From Oculina patagonica (lineage: Eukaryota), in the NCBI RefSeq assembly GCF_052425735.1, contig NC_135761.1:10106001-10170000 (forward strand): DNA of 64,000 nucleotides. The letters are read 5' to 3'. Shown in pieces: positions 49,830 to 61,200 of this stretch (the first letter of the stretch is position 1; every line of letters starts with the position of its first letter). Below the pieces are notes generated by a model, which was not told the DNA's origin, did no database searches, and worked only from the letters and a program-made list of their open reading frames with translations. The position numbers and the translations under genes were made by a program.

Positions 49830-52450
49830 TGATATAAAAGACCAAAAGAAAAATTCCTAAAGCTAAAAAATTACAATTAATATAAAAAGACAAAAATTCC
49901 TATAGCTAAAATAATATTAAAAGCTACTATTGGTTGCATCTTGACCTAAGAATGTGCGTTCTGACTCCCTGCAAAAATTGAAATCGCTACAAGTTCTAGG
50001 TTGGCATTATTGTGAAACGCTGGAGACATGTCCTGGAAGGTTCCATGTCTAAGGGAATAAGCGGTAGGCGCACAGAGGGAAAGTAAAATTTACATAGTTA
50101 GCCCCGGACCGTGACATAAGTAAAAAATGGGTCCTGTCGATGAAAATTGACCTGAATGGTGACTCACATAAATAAGCTGCATCTTTCCATCTGTACAACA
50201 TAAGGCGTATAAGAACTACCTAACTAGTGAGGCTAAACAGTCCCTTGTTCACGCCATCACAGGGTCGCGTTAAGAATAACGTAATAGTTTCTTTATAGAC
50301 CTGCTTCACGTATACAGAATTGCGCATGCAGTCCGATTCCACATAAATTACCACACATACACCAAAAGGCACGCTCGGTATTTTGAATAAAATTTTATTT
50401 CCCATGAAGTAAAGTACTAGAAAGTATACCAAATGAGGATAGAAACCCTCACGGGCTACAAATTGTCCCCATGAATAAAAAATAATCGATCTATCCGAGA
50501 AGCTTAATAAATAAGATAACAGTAGTGTTACATATTATTTCATAAATAAGTTCTTTATTTTTTTAGAATTATATAATTTTATTATTTCTATAAATATAAG
50601 CAAATTATATATTGAGACATTTAGGCGACTCACACGAATGCCCATAAAAATATTTAATCATATTGAATAGACAACACACTGCACAGGAAAAGCAAGGAGC
50701 AGGCACGCTCCTTCCGTTAAGTTCCAGCAGTTCAACACAGGCACAGCAGCACCTCCCCACCAGCCTCACGCACCAGTGACAAGCTGCTTCTAGGGTGCCG
50801 TCAAAAACAGTTAAGCAACAGCAAAAGGCCCGAGCCCCCCTAGCAGAACCAAAAATTATAAACAGTGAACTAGAAGGAGACCAGGAGGCTCGAAATGCTA
50901 TCTCAAGACCCAGACAGGATCCTGCCGAGGAGATCCCATGAAGTGAAAGTGAAAATGTTCGCAGGGAGGAGGGAGCTAAGTAAAGAGCAACCTGTAGTGA
51001 GATTCGTTTACAGTGCCTCCCCACCCTGAAGTATAATTGGGTACTGACAGTTTGTTGGGCACCCACAGCAGGAGCGAGGACGCCTCCCATCCAGGGGGGG
51101 GGGGGACAGCCGGACCCACTGGGACGTGAAGGTCAGAGAACACAAAATAAAAAAATTGTAGTTTGCGATTTTCTCACCCGTCCGATCATCCACTCGCTCT
51201 AAATAATGCAGGAGATCCCCGCAACCTGAAAGGTATCAGTTTTCCGTGTATTCTCCACGTCCTGCCCAGGGGCCGATTTTAGAGCTGTACTTTGATGATT
51301 TCCAACTGAAAGGGGCGTAGAGTAACAAAAGCGTTTCTGCTAGGACCAGTCTTCGCTTGATGTCTGCCTCCGTTCCACCTTGCTTGTCTAGTATTGCACC
51401 AAGGAGGATCCCGACGTCTTCCGGTTGTTGCCATCACTGTTGACAGTGATGCAGGGGTCGCCCTTCTCACGGCTTGCAATTCAGGCGCATGGTCTTGGTT
51501 TTACTGAGGTTAATGCTAAGCCCAACAATCTCAGCCGTATCTGGAGGCAGGATGTCCCGATTCGTATTCGCGCAACACGCCACCTGAACAGTGGAGTTCC
51601 AACGCGCCCTTTTCTATCAAGCATGTTTCTCATACCCAATCAATCACAATCACAATAATCAAAAGATGAAGCCAGGCATGACACAGCCCTGCTTCACACC
51701 ACTTCTCACCCAAACCAGTCTAATCAATGTTTTTTGCCCTAAAGGATGCAGATTGAGCCGACAAATCTCTGATGTGTTGATGTACTGCTGGGAATGCCGA
51801 ATCTGAATAGACCATAGCTTCGATGATGCTATCAAAGGCTTTCCTGAAATCAACGAAGTTCATGTAAATGGTATGGGGGCCTGCCACTACACGCTCTCAA
51901 AGATGTTTCTAGTGTGAATTCTTTCCATTGTTCCCCTCCTCTGAATCCAGCCCTACTGACGCAGCTTCTCACCACCCCGACACACAGCCCGGGAGAACCA
52001 CGGCACAATGTCAACTACCCCCGCGTAGACCTCCAGTTGATGGACCTGCTCCGCATATGAAGAGCAGATGAGTGACGTGCACAAAAGCACGCAGATGAGC
52101 CCCTGCATTTCCTGTTCTTTAGTGTGAAGCACCTCATCTCAAGTTCCGATATTTCTGATTTTTAGGTATTGCGGCAGAAACAGGGCCAAGACTTGCACAG
52201 TGACACTTGCAGGTCTACGTTGAGCACACCATCAAAATGCTCCGTCAATCTCTAAGGATGGGGCCGTCAATGTGTTCCGCCAGAAATGTGTGCTGGTGAG
52301 GTCACTGATGTTGTTGCCCCTAGCTGCATTATCCCCTTCTTCCGCAATGTTGTCCACCACCCAAGCAGTGCACCGCTTTACCTTCTTATCCGTTCTCCTA
52401 CTCTGCTCCTTTCTGCTCGTTCAGTCGCTCAGATCTGACCTTAAGTTGCT
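49830..52450. other. Indel-riddled duplicate of about 53297-56900 (includes a broken APRT exon 5); probable assembly artefact
   Basis: Colinear with 53297-56900 but with pervasive 1-10-nt deletions; bounded by low-complexity tracts. Confidence 0.8.
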
Positions 52451-52574
52451 TCTCCGTCATTCTCTATAGTTGGCACTAGTAGATGATCTTCTTCGACGAC
52501 AGCCCACTTATATGATTACCAACAGAGTATACTTACTACTGTGTGGAACGCAAAAGATAGCCCCCCTCTCTAGC

Positions 52575-53250
52575 TCAAGAGCAAGGGGGCGGGGGAGAGA
52601 ATAATGTGAAGGAGGAGAGGAGGTTGGTAGTGATAGAAAGGTGAGGAGCCCACCATCGACCAAGGGAGTGTAAGGAGAGGGGTGAGGAGAAGAGAGTTAA
52701 GTAATAGGGAGGAGAGAGGGATAGAGGTAGGTGGGGGAGAGGGAGGGTGGCTGGAGGGGGGGGGGGGCCGGGGGAGAGAGGAAGAAGAGAGGGGTCCGGG
52801 GAGGTAGGGAGGGGAAGGAGAGGAGGGGGGGGGATGGGGAAAAAAAAGAGAAGAGAAGAGGAAAAGAGAAGAGAAGAGAGTAAAGAAGTGAAGGGAGTGG
52901 AGAGAAGAGAAAGAAGAAGAGGAGAGGAGGGAGAAAAGGGAGAGGAGGAGACAAAAAGAAGGGTAGGAATGTGTGAGAGAAATAGGGAGGGGAGAAGGAG
53001 ATGATGGCAGGGAGAGGAAAAAAGGAATGAGAGGAAAGAGAAGGAGGGAAAATGAAGAGAGAAAAGAAGAGGGAAAAAGAAGGGGAGATCAAAGAAAAGA
53101 AAAGAAAAAAAAAAAAAAAAGAGAAAGAAAAAAGAACGCAGAAAGGGGAGAAAAGGAGAAAGGGGAAGGAAAGGGAGGTGGGGGGGGGGGGCAAACAAAA
53201 AAAAAACGAAAAGAAAAGGAGATGAGGAGAAGAAAAAGAGGGAAGAAATT
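52575..53250. repeat. Purine-rich low-complexity tract (probably low-quality sequence)
   Basis: Aperiodic G/A runs with no repeat unit; similar noisy tracts at about 11880-12140 and 13640-14260. Confidence 0.7.
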
Positions 53251-53289
53251 GAGTGATGCAAGCACATACACTTTAAAGTAGACAAAATT

Positions 53290-54200
53290 ACAATTTGATA
53301 TAAAAGACAAAAAGAAAAATTCCTAAAGCTAAAAAATTACAATTAATATAAAAAGACAAAAATTCCTATAGCTAAAATAATATTAAAAGCTACTATTGGT
53401 TGCATCTTGACCTAAGAATGTACGTTCTGACTTCCCTGCAGAAAATTTTGAAATCGCTACAAGTTCTTAGGTTGGCAGGTAGGTTATTGAAAACGCTGGC
53501 AGACATGTCCTGGAAGGTTCCATGTTCTAAGGGAACTAAGCAGTTGGCGCTAAGCAGTAGTTGGTGAAAGTAAACATTGTGTCTTTTTGTAGGTGACACT
53601 AGTATAGCCCCGGTACCGGTGACATAAGTAAAAAATCTTGGGTCCTGGCTCGATGAAAATAATGACCTTGAATGGTGACTCACATAAATAGGCTGCATCT
53701 TTCCATCTGTACAACATAAGGCGTATTAAGAACTACCTAACTAGTGAGGCTAAACAGTCCCTTGTTCACGCCATCATCATGGGTCGCGTTAAGAATAACG
53801 TAATAGTTTGCTCTTTAATAGACCTGCTTCACGTATACAGAATTGCGCATGCAGTCCGATTTGTCTGTTGAGCACTTAAATTTAACCACATCATAACACC
53901 TAAAAAGTCTGCACTGGCTTCCGGTATGTTTTGAATGAATGAATGTTTATTTCCCATGAAGTAATACAAGTACGTTATAGAAAGTATACCAATACAGTAA
54001 CTTGGGAGGAAAACTATAGAAACCCTCACGGGCTTTTACAAATTTGTCTCCCTTCAGTAAGAACTATTAAAAATACATTCGATCTGTAGCCGTCATACAG
54101 GCATCTAATAAATAAGATTACAGTAGTAAGATCTTATACATGTACATGTGTAATATTAATATCACTGTAAATAAGTATTTCTATATTGTTATTTTTATTT
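53290..54200 (-). mobile_element. CR1/L2-like LINE 3' fragment
   Basis: C-terminal RT-like sequence GTFQDMSASVFNNLPANLRTCSDFKIFCREVRTYIL followed by an AT-rich tail; frame disrupted upstream. Confidence 0.6.
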
Positions 54201-54396
54201 AAGACTATATTATATAATTTGTATGTATATTTTATAAATATAAGCAAATTATATAGGTTGGATGTACATGTTAGGCGCATTTGATCATATTCGCACGCTA
54301 ATTTGCGCCGAATAAGTGATAAATAATTATTATTACTATTATTAAATTTATTATTAATCATATTTATATGAATCAGTCTGTTTTCAATCTCACTGT

Positions 54397-57300
54397 CTAA
54401 AACTGCACTAGAGAAAAGCAAGGAGCAGGCACTTTGCTCCTTCCGTTAAGTTCCAGCAGTTCAACTATCAGGACACATTGCAGCACCTCCCCACCAGCCT
54501 CATGCACCAGTTGACAGGCTGCTTGAAGGGTGCCTGTCAAAAAAAGTTAAGCAACAGTTCAAAAGGCCATTTCCGAGTTACCCTTTGCCTCTGTTTCAAA
54601 ACGAGTCTACGTGCGAAACCATTCAAATGAAAATTAGTTTAATTTGCATGAAAATTGTCCTGAAGGTGAAACTCATTTTCATATGAATGGTTTCGCACGT
54701 AGACTCGTTTTGAAACAGAGGTAAAGGGTAACTCGGAAATGGCCTATTCCTTGTTCAAAGTACCTTTCAGACAGGATCCTGCCTCTGAGGGAGATGCCCA
54801 CAGTAAGTAACATGACAGTGACAAGCTGATATAACAGTTTTACTGTAAGGTACTAAGCCAAGGAGCACAGGGAGGAAGGCATGCTTGCATAATGGTTAGT
54901 GCAAAGGATTAAGAGATCAGGGTTCAAACCCTTGTAGGGGTCATTGTGGTGTGTTCTTCGGTAGGATTCTTTACATTAACAGTGCCTCTCTCCACCCTGG
55001 AGTGTAATTGAGTACTTGCAGTTTGTTGGGGCAACCTTACAGAGTGTCGGAGAGTAATCTGTGAAGGACAAGCCTCCCATCCGGGGGGGGGGGGGGGGGC
55101 AAAACAGTCAATTCCCTCTAAGTCGGACACTACACAGGGTTCAAATGTCCGCCTTATTGAGGTGTCCACCTTATAGAGAGTCGAGGTTACGTGACGCTAG
55201 TAATTCTGAGATAATATAGTGTGTGTAGTTGTGGCGATGTTATCGCCACCTCTTCGTGCCCGATCCATCTTCATCTTCGTATCTTTATTTCTACAGATAA
55301 TGGCTGTGTGTTAGTCTGATGGTACAATTCCTCGCTTGATATTTGATTTGGCTAGAAGACTTTGTATCTTTCTTATGCATTACCTGTGAAAGGTATCCAG
55401 TTTGTTCAAGTCGGGTGGTGATTCTCCACGTCTCTGCCCTCAATAGGACGGCCACTACATTGGCGTTAAAAATGCACAGCTTAGTTTTAGAGCTGTACTT
55501 TGGTGATTTTCAACTGAAAGGGGCTGTAGAGTAGCAAAAGTGTTTCTTGCTAGAACCAGTCTTCGCTTGATGTCTGCCTCCGTTCCACCTTGCTTGTCTA
55601 GTATTGCACCAAGGTATGGGAATCCTTCGACGTCTTCCGGTTGGTTGCCTTCAACAGTGATGCATGGGGTTGCCCTTCTCATCGGTTTGCAATTCAGGCG
55701 CATGGTCGTGGTTTTGCTGGGGTTAAAGCTAAGCCCAACAATCTCAGCCGTATCTTGGAGGCAGGATGTCTTCTCCTGTATGTCGTTATGTCTGCTTGCT
55801 AAGAGTGTTATATCGTCTACGTAGTCCAGATCTTCTTGAACGGTGGCGAGGTTCCAACGCAGCCTTCTTCTTTTATCAAGCATGTTTCTCATTACCCAAT
55901 CAATCACAATCACAGAGATGAAGCCAGACATGAAACAGCCCTGCTTCACACCACTTCTCACCTCAGTCTGATGTTCTTTTGCCCTAAAGGACGCAGCTTG
56001 AGATCTGATCGTACAAATCTCTGATGATGTTGATGTACATGCTAGGAATGCCGTATTCCTGCATTATGGCCCATAGCTTCTCTCTGATGATGCTATCAAA
56101 GGCTTTCCTGAAATCAACGAAGTTCATGTAAATGGTATGGGGGCCTGCCATTCTACACGCTGCTCAAAGATGTTTCTGAGTGTGAATATCTGTTCCATTG
56201 TTCCCCTTCCTTTTCTGAATCCAGCCTCTTACTGACGCAGCTTCTCACCTACACCCTTCTTAATTCTGACAATTAAAATTCTGCAGAAGATCTTCGATGG
56301 CACTACTAGGAGAGATATACCACGGTAGTTGTCACATATGGTCAACTTCCCTTTCTTCGGGATTTTTACACTAAGCGACCTTCTTCAGTCTGATGGGACC
56401 TTCTGCTCCGCCATGATCTTGTTGAAGAGCTCATGGAGTTTCTTAATTGCAGTGACTTGCGTGCACAAAAGCATTTCTGCACTGATGGAGTCCATTCCTG
56501 GGCATTTCCTGTTCTTTAGTCGTGGAATGGCACCTCTTATCTCAACTTCCGATATTTCTGATGTTTTTATTGCTGGTAGTTGCTGTGCAGAAACAGGGCC
56601 AATGTTACTTGGCATATCAGTACTTGCAGAGTCTACGTTGAGCACACCATCAAAATGCTCCGTCCATCTTTTAAGGATTTCTTTGCGGATGGTCGTCAAT
56701 GTGTTTCTCTTTGCCAGAAAAATCTGCTTGGTCAGCTGGTGGAGGTCACTGATGTTGTTGCCCCTAGCTGCATCATCCCCTTCTTCCGCGATGTTGTCCA
56801 CCATTCTTCTTTCATCAGCCCGTGCACTCGCTTTTACCTTCTTATCCGTTCTCCTGTACTCTGCTCCTTTCTGCTCGTTCAGTCGCTCAGATCTGACTCT
56901 TCTCAGTTGCTCTTTGATCTGCCTTCTCTCGTCCATTCTCCTATATGTTTCGGCAATATTTCCAGTCAGACTTGATCCTTCTCCTTTCTCCGACGACAGC
57001 CTCTTCACTCTCATTATATGCATTTTTCAACTGCAACCAGCAATGTTCAATACTGTCATCCTCACTACTGTCCTCATTGTTGGCCAACGCCTCAAATATG
57101 TTTTGGACTTCAATTCAGAACTGCTCTTTGACTTTCTGGTCCCTAAGTTTCATTGTGTCATACAGTTTCCTCCCTCCCCTTCTCTCCCTCTTAGCTCTGC
57201 ACAATTTCAGCCTCACTCTTGCCAGTACAAGGTGATGGTCGTTGCTGGCATCTGCCCCTCTAGTCGCTCTGGTGTCGAGCAGAGACCACCTGTATGTATC

Positions 57301-60300
57301 TTCTATTAACTATGTTGTGGTCAATCTGGTTGCGATCATGGCCATTTGGTGAGATCTCGGTGAATTTGTGAATATCCCTGTGTTTTAACAGCTAGTGTTC
57401 CACTGATGACAAAGTCGTTTAGTGCGCATAATTCTGCCAGCCTCTCACCATTCTCATTCATCATTCCTATTCCTTGCCCTCCAATGACTCTCTCCCATCC
57501 TTCATTGTCTTCGCCAAATTGGTATTGGCGTCCCCCATAACAATCAGCATGTCATGCCTGGTTTTTCTTTCCCCTTCATTTTGCAGCTGTTCGTAGAATT
57601 CCTCTTTCGTTCCTTATTCAGCATCATTAGTTGGTGCGTAGTTCAGTATTACTGTGATCTATGTGTATCGTAATTGAATCTAGCACTCATAATCCTGCCG
57701 CTGTCTGGGTTCCATCTTAGCAGTGATGTTCTTGCTTCTTTCTTCAGGACTAGACCCATTCCTCTCTGGTGTTCTTTCTCTGATCTAGAGTACAGGATGT
57801 ATTCACCTGTACTGTTCTTCAGTTCCCCAAACCCAGTCCACTGATCTCATTTCACTCAGTCTGAGTATGTCCAGTCTATACTTCCTGAACTCATTCCCTA
57901 CATTGGCTGTTTTCCCACCTGGAACAACGTCCTAAGAGTTTACATTGGTGATGTGAGAGTTGTAGGCTTCTGGATTTCTCTCGGCTTTCTCCATAAGCCG
58001 TTATACTTGCAGTTTCGGGATTCCAAGAAAGGAAATCGTCGTTGCGTGTGCTGCATGTTGCCTGCCTGTATCTGTGGTTGGATCTTGCTAATTCTCATAT
58101 GGTTTCCGTAATCAGACTTTTATTCCACTGTGTAGGGTGATTAGCCCTACGCCAAACCCCCAACCTGGAGGGCCATTGACTCTCCTTCTGTCTGGCTTCT
58201 ACCCTTTAACCTGCCCGCCATGATTGAATCTGCCAGGAATATTGCAATCCCAGCCGGTATAGCTCTCGAGGTAAAGGAAGCAAACAAGCTCCCCTGCCAC
58301 TTCAAGGAGACAGTCCACGACGGGAGAGCATCCAGGCTACCCAACAATTTTCCAGTACCCATTTAAACTCCTGTGTGGAGAGAGGCATTATGCAAGTAAA
58401 GTTTCCTGTCCAAAAACACAACACAATGCCCCTGGCCAAGGCTAAACCCCAGCCCACTTGACCTGGAGCTTTGCATAGGGCTTTCATTAATTTTTTTTAA
58501 GCAGCCGTGACATTGAAGTTATCACCCATAGCATTTTGCTTTGTGTAACATAACACCAGCTGACATCTTCAGATGTGACATTGAGTGAGCCTAGCCATAA
58601 CAGTTGCTACGGGTTATGGTCCTGCAGTGCTCTTACCATTAGGCCACAAACCAAGCCTATTAGTATTAAACCACTTGGGCATGCAGCATTCATTCTTTTT
58701 AACTTTGATTAGTTAAGCACTTTAGTATATATTTATTTTAATAAGTATATATAGAGAATGAAGAGACAGTGTTGTCTGTTTGCCCAGGCTATATAAGAGA
58801 AAAGTACATCCTGTAATGCAACAAGAGCACATAAATGTCACACATGATAAAGCATCATATCTGGACTCACTCCCAGTTGCAAGGTCATCATCAAGTACAA
58901 CAACTTTCTGTCCTTTGTGGATGGCATCTGCTTGCATCTCAAGAACATCGTCCTTTAAAGAAATCTTATCTTTAAACCTTGCACTAGAGTAATAATAGTG
59001 TTAATTTGCAGTAATACAGTATAAGCAAAGAAAAGCAAAACAGATACTCGCTTTTCTATATTCTTTTGTAGATGAAACCTTGATTGTAGGCCCAGGCAAT
59101 TTTCCCGACTTGCGTACTAGAAGAAAAGGCACATTTAGACTCATCGACACAAGAGGACCAAACAAAAACCCTCTGGCATCAAGACCTGCAAAACACAAGA
59201 TGAGAAAATAAAAACACTGACTGTAATTATTCCTCCAATACTTGTTAGCAATCCTATGATCTACAAAGTAGGTACACCTGCTCCAATGTTTGTTGGCATT
59301 CCTGTGGTATATAGGTTCACCTGCTACAATGTTAGTTGGTGTGTCTGTGGTCTACAGTTCAGGTGCAATTCCTGGTATTTTCTCGATGAAATGCCCCTGG
59401 CATTTATTTCAAACTCAGTCTGGTTGGCCCGGCATTTATTTGACTCCTGCAGTTTATTCAAGCCCAGTGTTTATGAAGCAAGGGTTTTTATTCATTCTTT
59501 TTGACACATATATATCTTGCTAATATACCTACAGCTTATTTAATATGCCTTGGACATATACCTGAGAGGCCTATTTCAACTCCACCTTGGAGACCCCAGC
59601 GTTTATTCAGGGTATGTGGTACACTTAAAATGGTTTGCTTATACCAGTAAAGAGATTATAACTCTGTTTGCAAATCTGAAACTTCAAACAAAGGTATGAC
59701 TTTGGCTAAAAAGTAATGCAAATTGAAAAAGGATTTAACACTAACCAACAATAGCATCAATCTTTTGGAAGTTTTTCCGTAAATGATCTGTTAGAAGATC
59801 TGTAACTATTCTCAAAGCATTACAATCTTTTAAAACTGGGCAAATGTCCCTAAAGACAAAAACATTTATTTATCACTTGTAATCTAATATAAATATTTAT
59901 GAAAAAAAGTAAATAACATTGTCTCCATTATCTACTGACACATTAAAAAAATATAAAAATACAATTCACTAAGTCAATTTACACCCTCTCCTGTCACCCC
60001 TGGAAAAATAAAGGAGAGAAAAGGGAGGTCTTAACTTCAATGGGGAACAGGATCATTTAACGCGGAGGGGGCGGGGGGTTCAAACCAAATTAACAAAATC
60101 TATAACCTCATTAGAATTTTTAACCAAAACAGATCAAAAGCCGTATCATATAGATTCTTGGTTTTAGGCCATCGTAACTTGATTAAAAATATAATACAGA
60201 CAGCGGTGATAAACATTATGAAAAATCGCATTTTACTAAACTTGACGTTTCGTATGCTAAGCTACATACACTTTCAAAAGTATGACCATTAAAAATTTGG

Positions 60301-61092
60301 CGACTATTTATATATTGTTGTCTCAGTCCAGGTTCCATACCCCTTTCATAACAATATATAAATAGTTGCCAAATTTTTAACAGTCATACTTTTGAAAATG
60401 TATGTAGCTTAGCATACGAAACGTCAAGTTTAGTAAAATCCGATTTTTAATGTTTATCACCGCTGTTTGCATTATATTTTTAATCAATATCAAAAGCCAT
60501 TATCCATACCCAGGCCCCCCTAGACCCAGGTCAGAGGTTCCTTCAGTGGGGCAGGGTGGGGGGGGGGGGGTGCGAAAAATAAAAAAGGGCCTCTGCGGTG
60601 AAGAGAACAACTGCAGCTGCTAGCTTACAGTCCTTGCCGGCAAGCTCACCCGGACAGATTTCCGCACAGCCCCATACATTAATTATGTATGCGACTATTT
60701 TATACTATCACTATACACAAACAGCAATCATGAAAAGAACGAGTCCGTCAGAATATTGAATGCATAATTAATGTATGGGGCTGTGCGGAAATCTTGCCGC
60801 TCACCCCTCCCGGTTTTTTTTTTGGAACTTATACTTCTTACCAAAGGCAATCTTGGGATGGAGCAAACCTTTACAACCGCAAAATTTACATAAGCTTAAA
60901 AATCTTCGAGCACACGATCAGCCGGTTTTTTTATGTTCGCGTTTTGCACGCGCGGGCTGCACGCCCAGATTTATATAAACAAACTCACCTGAAAATGATA
61001 CCAGGTGAAGGAAAATCTGGAAATGGTCTGATAAGCGATTTCACGTATTCTAGCGCCTTTTCCTGATCGCTGTAATTCCCCGATTCCTCCAT
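54397..61092 (-). CDS. APRT: Adenine phosphoribosyltransferase, copy B (divergent paralog; possibly impaired or an incipient pseudogene), 186 aa
   Basis: Exons 61092-60989, 59849-59746, 59185-59052, 58952-58871, 54533-54397. The reading frame is open, but the intron-3 donor is GC (gcgagt), EYG becomes EYR and [13 protein letters not shown] becomes VVVLDDDLATGST. Confidence 0.85.
54564..54745. mobile_element. Near-perfect palindromic MITE
   Basis: AGGCCATTTCCGAGTTACCCTTTGCCTCTGTTTCAAAACGAGTCTACGTGCGAAACCATTCA with its reverse complement ending at 54745; absent from APRT-A. Confidence 0.8.
55218..58323 (-). mobile_element. Degenerate near-full-length RTE-clade non-LTR retrotransposon in APRT-B intron 4
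   Basis: Frameshifted endonuclease and RT fragments: KRWTEHFDGVLN, LKNRKCPGMDSISAEML, FVDFRKAFDSI, SGVKQGC, DLDYVDDITLL, FPYLGAIL..GGTEADIKRR. RTE-type 5' UTR at 58100-58323. Confidence 0.9.
60179..60487. mobile_element. Inverted-repeat insertion (about 140-bp arms) carrying two hammerhead-like motifs, in APRT-B intron 1
   Basis: Arms 60179-60319 and 60350-60487 are reverse complements. ATCAAAAGCC is repeated at 60133 and 60489. The segment is absent at the matching site in APRT-A (about 48000). Confidence 0.75.
60388..60429 (+). ncRNA. Minimal hammerhead ribozyme motif, U3-A8 core variant
   Basis: ACUU UUGAAAA U GUAUG(uagcuuag)CAUAC GAAA C GUC AAGU. A mirror copy on the minus strand at 60240-60281 has core UUGAAAG. 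Confidence 0.6.
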
Positions 61093-61127
61093 GTCGAAAC
61101 AGTGTCACGAAACAACCAGCCCGCGGG

Positions 61128-61200
61128 CAACCTCGTTCCCAGGGCTTTTCCCTTGGTGATTTGGAACATCACCAAGGGAAAAACCCTGGGAACGAGGTTG
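61128..61200. mobile_element. 73-bp palindromic MITE with 9-bp TSD just upstream of the APRT-B ATG
   Basis: GCCCGCGGG|CAACCTCGTTCCCAGGG ... CCCTGGGAACGAGGTTG|GCCCGCGGG. Confidence 0.85.

Noticed and set aside
50605-51090. 161-aa ORF containing [18 protein letters not shown] as a third APRT gene
   Set aside because: It is only a frameshifted exon-5 copy inside the noisy duplicate; exons 1-4 are missing.
52575-53310. Long ORFs (236, 165, 102 aa) rich in F/S/P/L or R/E/K/G
   Set aside because: These are translations of a low-complexity purine tract that is probably poor-quality sequence.
56329-57309. 326-aa plus-strand ORF
   Set aside because: It is the antisense shadow of the RTE reverse-transcriptase region.
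58150-58323. HDV-like ribozyme at the RTE 5' end
   Set aside because: I could not build a complete nested double pseudoknot by eye; only the covarying hairpin is supported.
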